In this document: one piece after another, positions 58,647-64,000 of the stretch
Layout: every line of letters starts with the position of its first letter
Numbering within the stretch: position 1 is the first letter of the stretch
Assembly: GCA_964626665.1 (NCBI GenBank)
Contig: CAZVGK010000015.1
Coordinates: 1 to 64,000 of the forward strand
Direction: 5' to 3'
Source: an uncultured Gemmatimonadota bacterium
GTDB lineage: Bacteria > SM23-81 > DAOVCL01
Length of the DNA: 64,000 bases
The notes under the pieces: model-generated
Seen by the model: only the letters and a program-made list of their open reading frames with translations
Told to the model about the DNA's origin: nothing
Database searches by the model: none
Program-made: the position numbers and the translations under genes

Positions 58647-59537
58647 ATGGCAAAAAAGGGCGATTGGGCAGCAGGGATCATCATTGGCGTAAGCTTCCTG
58701 TTGGTGGGAGCCCTATTCCTCTTGATGTTGATTGGGCTTGCCGGTCAGAGGGGAACCCTCAACCTGCCAAGCTGGGGGAAGAAGATAGCCCTGGTTGAGG
58801 TAAATGGAGTCATCAATAACCCGCAGCTTATTGTGAAACAGATTAGGTCTTACAAAAAGGACGACTCTGTTCTTGGAATGGTCTTAAGGATTAACAGCCC
58901 AGGGGGAGGGGTGGCCGCAGCCCAGGAGATTTACGAGGAGCTGCAAAAGTTCAAGGAGGCTGGGAAAGGGTTGGTAGCTTCCTTCGGTTCTGTGGCTGCA
59001 TCAGGAGGTTACTATATTGCCTGTGCGACAGATTCCATAGTAGCCAACCCCGGATCCATTACAGGCAGCATCGGGGTTATTTACGAGTTCCCCAATGCTC
59101 AAGAGCTATTAAAGAAGATCGGATTGAGATTTGAAGTTGTGAAAAGTGGTAAGTATAAAGATATTGGCTCCCCCTCCCGAAAGTTAACTCCGGAGGAGAG
59201 GAAGCTCCTGCAATCCGTGATAGATGATGCCTACAATCAGTTTATCGGGGCCATCTGTCAGGGAAGAAACCTGAATGAGACTAAGGTAAGAAGGATAGCT
59301 GATGGAAGGATATTCACGGGGAACCAGGCCAAGAAGATAGGGTTGGTGGACCGGTTAGGAGATTACCACGATGCTATCCTTCTAGTGGCCAGGATGTGTG
59401 GAATAAGGGGAGAGCCGAAGACGGTTAAGTTAAGGAGAAGGAGGCCGGGAATCCTTGATCTCCTTTTCAGCAAGCTCAAACTCTGGGGACCGGAGGGGAA
59501 TTACAGAACCCCCAGCTTACAATACAGGTTTCAATGA
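58647..59537 (+). CDS. sppA: Signal peptide peptidase SppA (36K type)
   Basis: RINSPGG, AASGGYYIA, TGSIGV, KSGKYKD. Confidence 0.95.
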   Translation: MAKKGDWAAGIIIGVSFLLVGALFLLMLIGLAGQRGTLNLPSWGKKIALVEVNGVINNPQLIVKQIRSYKKDDSVLGMVLRINSPGGGVAAAQEIYEELQKFKEAGKGLVASFGSVAASGGYYIACATDSIVANPGSITGSIGVIYEFPNAQELLKKIGLRFEVVKSGKYKDIGSPSRKLTPEERKLLQSVIDDAYNQFIGAICQGRNLNETKVRRIADGRIFTGNQAKKIGLVDRLGDYHDAILLVARMCGIRGEPKTVKLRRRRPGILDLLFSKLKLWGPEGNYRTPSLQYRFQ

Positions 59538-59762
59538 GGTTTCCCTGTATCTCCCCATGAGTTCTTGAATCTTAGCTCTTACAGAACCCAAGGTTCTAAA
59601 AGCCTCTCGCCTGATTAAAGACCAGAGGGGAGGTAAGATATTATTGCCTTTGTGGGAACACGATTTTCGTTGGGGGCAGGCTCCTCCGGAGTTACCCCTT
59701 GTTCGCTCGGTAAAAGCAGAGACTGAGCATCTGCGGTTAACACCTAAAAAGGAGGTTCAGCA

Positions 59763-60038
59763 ATGACCAAGGCTGACTTGGTAAGGGAAGTGGCTGAGGA
59801 GACGGGGTTTACAAAATCCGATACGGCGCTGATGCTAGAGGCCTTTCTTCAAGCAATCAAAAACGGCTTGAAGAAACACAAAAGGATAGATATTAGGGGC
59901 TTGGGTAGTTTGGGGGTAAAAATGAGGAAAGCCAGGCAAGCCAGGAACCCGCGCACTGGTGAGGCAGTTCCAGTTCCCAAAAGGTATGTGCCGGTTTTCA
60001 AGGCTTCCAGAAAGCTAAAGACCCTGGTGGCCAAGTAA
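59763..60038 (+). CDS. HU/IHF family DNA-binding protein
   Basis: MTKADLV, RGLGSL, ARNPRTGE, VPVFKAS. Confidence 0.95.
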   Translation: MTKADLVREVAEETGFTKSDTALMLEAFLQAIKNGLKKHKRIDIRGLGSLGVKMRKARQARNPRTGEAVPVPKRYVPVFKASRKLKTLVAK

Positions 60039-60055
60039 GAGTGCACTTTTTCTAG

Positions 60056-60087
60056 TAGAAGCAGGGCAGATGGCTGCCCTGCTTCTA
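60056..60087 (+). terminator. Hairpin after the HU gene
   Basis: TAGAAGCAGGGCAG-ATGG-CTGCCCTGCTTCTA. Confidence 0.6.
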
Positions 60088-60268
60088 CCAATTATCCCAA
60101 ATTATGCATTAAACACCGAAAATCGCTGAAATTCCAAAAGATCCAAAGAAAGGATTTCACCTAAAAAATGAAATGTTACTTTCTGCAAATCCCTGATATT
60201 TCAGTGGTTTCGGTGTCATTTAGTGTTTTCTCGCATAATCTAGGGTTAAATATCGAGGGGAGGGAAAA

Positions 60269-60437
<169 letters not shown>

Positions 60438-60448
60438 CTCTCATCTCT

Positions 60449-60532
60449 GCCGAAGTGGCGGAACTGGTAGACGCGCTGCGTTCAGGGCGCAGTGCCCGTA
60501 TGGGTGTGGGGGTTCAAATCCCCCCTTCGGCA
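60449..60532 (+). tRNA. tRNA-Leu(CAG)
   Basis: GCCGAAG acceptor, CTGCG-TTCAGGG-CGCAG, long variable arm. Confidence 0.96.
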
Positions 60533-61050
60533 CTGTTGTCCTTTAATGGATAGGACCAATGAGGATTTAGGGACATAAATGGTTCAATCTCCTTTTTTGG
60601 TAGGGTTCATTGTGCAAATGGGGCTTTCACTCAGTTTTACATGGGTTTATACCAATTGGCCATAGATCAAAAATCTTCCTCTAAAAATAGCTTGACAAGT
60701 GGATTTGCAGGTGTTAATCTTCATTTGGTTTGTTTTACCTTTATATCTTTTGATTTAAAAATCGTAGCGTAGCACAATTAGCATGTCTTGCCTTGGTGTA
60801 TGAAGCGATGTTTTCCTAATACCTGGTAGAAGGAGTTAATAAACAAGGTAGTTAATCGACATCCTTTTATGATTCCAATCTTAATGCCCATTCGAGGTTC
60901 ACCATCTCGTTAAGAGATGTAAAAAAAACTATATATGGACCGGCATCGAAAATTCAGTTAAAGAGGAGCGGCGCACACCCGAGCGGAGCGGCTTTGCTTG
61001 TGGTTTGGAAACCACCAAAGCCTGCATAGAAAGGGGGCGATCAAACTACT

Positions 61051-61110
61051 ATGTGGCTCCTTGATCTACTCGTTAGCTTATTAGGTAAAGGCGGCGATAC
61101 TGATTGGTAA
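61051..61110 (+). CDS. Putative 19-aa peptide MWLLDLLVSLLGKGGDTDW
   Basis: AAAGGGGG SD-like element 13 nt upstream; enclosed by an 18-bp inverted repeat. Confidence 0.5.
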   Translation: MWLLDLLVSLLGKGGDTDW

Positions 61111-61143
61111 TAGCTTTTCGATGTCGGTCCATTTTTTGTTCAC

Positions 61144-61830
61144 CACTTATCTCACCGCAAAGCCGCCAAGTTCGCAAAGGAAATAAAAAAGCAAAAGCGA
61201 AATAAAACGAATGGTTAATAACTTTTAAAAAACTTTGCGTCCTTTGCGCCTCTGCGGTTAATCTGTCCCACCGCAAAGCCACTAAGATCGCAAAGGGGGG
61301 AAAACAAAAGGAAGGAGGAATGATTAAACGAGAAGATGAATTATCAAATGAAATTATTGGATCAGCAATCGAAGTGCATCGGCATTTAGGGCCAGGATTG
61401 CTTGAATCTGCTTATGAAGAATGTCTCTGTCGAGAATTTGCTATTAATAATATTGTCTTTGAAAGACAAAAGCCTCTTCCTATAAATTATAAAGGGATAA
61501 ACTTGGACTGTGGTTATAGACCTGATCTCGTTGTAGAGAAATTGGTAATTGTAGAATTAAAGACGATCCAACAAATCGAGGCTATACATCAAGCACAACT
61601 TTTGACATATTTGAAATTATCGAATCTAAAACTGGGGTTATTAATCAATTTTAATGTTCCAGTTTTAAAGGATGGGATAAAGCGATTGGTTAATAATCTT
61701 TAAAAAACTCTGCGTCCTTTGCGGTTAATCACTTATCTCACCGCAAAGACGCCGAGATCGCAAAGGAAATAAATGAAATAATTGGTTAATAATCTTTAAA
61801 GCTTTGCGCCCTTTGCGCCTTTGCGGTGAA
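61144..61830 (+). mobile_element. Three tandem inverted-repeat units; the middle one carries the GxxExxY gene
   Basis: Each unit: CACCGCAAAG..CGCAAAG ... TGGTTAATAA..TTTAA ... CT(T/C)TGCG..TGCGGT. Confidence 0.65.
61320..61703 (+). CDS. GxxExxY protein (PD-(D/E)XK nuclease superfamily)
   Basis: EVHRHLGPGLLESAYEECL, YRPDLVVE...VELK, HQAQLLTYL, GLLINF. Confidence 0.93.
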   Translation: MIKREDELSNEIIGSAIEVHRHLGPGLLESAYEECLCREFAINNIVFERQKPLPINYKGINLDCGYRPDLVVEKLVIVELKTIQQIEAIHQAQLLTYLKLSNLKLGLLINFNVPVLKDGIKRLVNNL

Positions 61831-61842
61831 TTATTTCATCCA

Positions 61843-63198
61843 ATGAAAGAACTGCCTAAACCAGCCCAAATCTATATCTCCGGGATAATACTAATTGGCC
61901 TTGCCTATCTCGGCTACTTTTCCCAAAAGATGGTCCTCCCCCAGTGGTGGGAACTTCTCTTTTGGGCAGCACTTATTATTTTAACTAAACTCCAGTCCAT
62001 CCCACTGCCGAGAGGAGGGGCCACGATGACCGTGTCATCAGCTCTCTACTTTGCCCTCATTCCCCTTTATGGTCCCGTTGTCACCGCCTGGTTGGCAATT
62101 CCTGGCGATGTAGTTTTGAATGGTATAATAAAGAGGAAACCCCTTTATAGGGTTGAATTCAACGCCCTGCAACTCGTCATCTCCATCGGCCTAGCTGGAT
62201 TGATCTACCAACATCTTGGGGGTCAATTTATGCCCACCAACTACAGCAGAATCATTTTACCATTCACTTTTTCCGCCATAACCTTCTTTCTGGCAAATAC
62301 CGTTTTAGTGAGCATAGCTATCCACCTAATGGAGAAGATATCAACCTTGCGGATATGGTGGGTGAATTACAGTTGGACATCTGTGGACCTTTTAGCCCTT
62401 GGCCCTCTGGGTTTCCTTTTGACCCTGGTCTACATCCAAATTGGTCCCTGGGCAGTTTTCATCTGTATTGCCCCCATAATTCTGGCCCGATACTCCTTCA
62501 AGCTCTATACGGATCTTCGCCAATCTTATATCAACTCCATTACCGCTTTATCTGCCGCCTTAGATGCCAGCGATCCCTATACCCACGGTCACTCCAACCG
62601 AGTGGCGGAGAACGCCGAGAAGGTAGCCAGGCAGATGGGGCTTTCCGAGGGGAAGATCGAAAGGGTAAAATTTGCGGGACAGTTGCATGACATCGGAAAG
62701 ATAGGCCTTGATGTTAATATCCTTAATAAACCTGGCTCTTTAAATAACCAAGACTGGGAGGAGATGAAAAAGCATCCGGCCAAAGGTGCTGAGATAGTGA
62801 AGGGACTTAAGCCACCCATTTATGACATAGTTATGGCTCATCAGGAACATTATAATGGAGCAGGCTACCCGGCAAAACTAAAGGAAGACCATATACCTAT
62901 AGAGGCTCGTATAATCCATGTCTGCGATGCTTTTGAGGCGATGACCTCTGACCGACCTTACCGTTTTGCCCTTCCCCTTAGCCAAGCCGTCGACGAGTTG
63001 AGAAGGGAATCGGGAAAGCAATTTGACCCTAAGGTAGTGGAGGCCTTTCTCAAGTTAATGGAGAAGAGCGAGCTGATAATCGAGAGTGAGCGTAAACACA
63101 AGTTTACCGAGATAAAGAAAGGCCTCAGTAAAGACCTCATAGTCCTTAACGAAGCTTCACCTTCCCGGCCACAGGACGGCCAGACCACCCTGGAATGA
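61843..63198 (+). CDS. Membrane-sensor HD-GYP cyclic-dinucleotide phosphodiesterase
   Basis: Multi-TM N-terminus; DPYTHGHSNRV, LHDIGKI, HQEHYNGAGYP, DAFEAMTSDRPYR; start moved to ATG 61843, outside the repeat. Confidence 0.9.
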   Translation: MKELPKPAQIYISGIILIGLAYLGYFSQKMVLPQWWELLFWAALIILTKLQSIPLPRGGATMTVSSALYFALIPLYGPVVTAWLAIPGDVVLNGIIKRKPLYRVEFNALQLVISIGLAGLIYQHLGGQFMPTNYSRIILPFTFSAITFFLANTVLVSIAIHLMEKISTLRIWWVNYSWTSVDLLALGPLGFLLTLVYIQIGPWAVFICIAPIILARYSFKLYTDLRQSYINSITALSAALDASDPYTHGHSNRVAENAEKVARQMGLSEGKIERVKFAGQLHDIGKIGLDVNILNKPGSLNNQDWEEMKKHPAKGAEIVKGLKPPIYDIVMAHQEHYNGAGYPAKLKEDHIPIEARIIHVCDAFEAMTSDRPYRFALPLSQAVDELRRESGKQFDPKVVEAFLKLMEKSELIIESERKHKFTEIKKGLSKDLIVLNEASPSRPQDGQTTLE

Positions 63199-63840
63199 GG
63201 TGGCAGAAGCACTCTCCCGGTGCTGGTAGGGCTCCTGCCCTGACGGAAGATAGAATCTTCTACCCGACTTTAGTCGGGGTCTTTAGGGCTTAAGCCCTTT
63301 GGAATGCTGTGACTCCTGTCACAGCATCTGTCAACAGGAGTTACCACACTCCATAATAACCCGCACTAAAGTGCGGTAGAATCTACGTCTGTCTGCGTGA
63401 ACCTGCGATTTCTACCCGGTTTAGCCGAGGGTTTCCTCACCACGGATAACCACGGAATCACATAGAAAGATAGGGATCGGGGGTCAAGAATAACCGGCAT
63501 AAACCCCATTTTTAATTCTCAATTCTCAATTCTCAATTGCCTTCGCATTGTTACCCTGCAAAAAAAATTCTGAGAAGATCAAAAAAAGCTTGACAGGAAG
63601 TGATTTTAGCCTTATATTTACACTTGAAATTTGAAATAGCCCACAAAGTTGCGGGTTTTTTGTGCTGGTAGGGCTTTTGCCCTGACGAACAAGGCTTTTT
63701 GTGGGATGGGGAGAAACTCTAATCGAGGTTGAGGTAGCAGAACAGGGTTCTGCCACTTCGGTTGTTGCAACCAATAGTTTTTTATTCTTAATTCTACATT
63801 CTTCATTTTACATTCAAAATTCACTGTGAGGTGAGATAAG

Positions 63841-64000
63841 ATGAATAGAAAAATATGGGTTGGTTTGCTGGTCTTGGCCTTTATGCTCGGTTCTGTGAGT
63901 GGCTTCTGGTCAAAGCCAGTGGTGGCTAATACAGGTTCAGAACGCAGGGTTATGCTCTGCGCCGCTGAGCCGTGGCATAACGATTTATATCAATCAGGCA
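63841..64000 (+). CDS. 5' end of an exported protein (runs off the window)
   Basis: SD GAGGTG; MNRKIWVGLLVLAFMLGSVSG... signal peptide, open to the window end. Confidence 0.65.
   Translation, partial: MNRKIWVGLLVLAFMLGSVSGFWSKPVVANTGSERRVMLCAAEPWHNDLYQSG

Noticed and set aside
61804-61842. N-terminal extension MRPLRLCGELFHP of the HD-GYP protein
   Set aside because: It is translated repeat-arm sequence

Overview
Bacterial chromosomal window, probably from an FCB-group candidate lineage (TA06/Zixibacteria/KSB1-like). This is inferred from four T9SS/FlgD-type C-terminal sorting domains, C25 gingipain-like proteases and a bS22-like peptide. Core genes: mnmG, fused ecfA, yigZ, PfkB kinase (frameshifted), PflX-type radical SAM, pfkA, GH57, mltD, sppA, HU/IHF and five tRNAs (Asp, Val, Ala, Arg, Leu). 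About 10-31 kb is an accessory region on the minus strand, downstream of tRNA-Asp. It holds three toxin-antitoxin loci, a beta-helix secreted protein, cobB, a type IIG R-M gene coupled to a DUF4062-NACHT gene, and a SWIM/SNF2 pair. Intergenic DNA is packed with many families of REP-like hairpins. Most notable signals: (i) a GxxExxY nuclease gene inside an inverted-repeat unit, flanked by two internally deleted copies of that unit; (ii) an unannotated 19-aa peptide enclosed in an 18-bp long-range stem upstream of a membrane HD-GYP gene; (iii) repeated promoter/leader/hairpin-junction/cargo modules at 10-17 kb, where genes are cut exactly at an AAAATAGGGACACTTCC hairpin, with decayed attC sites; (iv) a duplicated GEMM-like leader RNA; (v) a decayed second copy of the R-M 3' end bracketing the NACHT gene. 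No CRISPR array, integrase or reverse transcriptase was seen. All family assignments come from motif recognition, not database searches.
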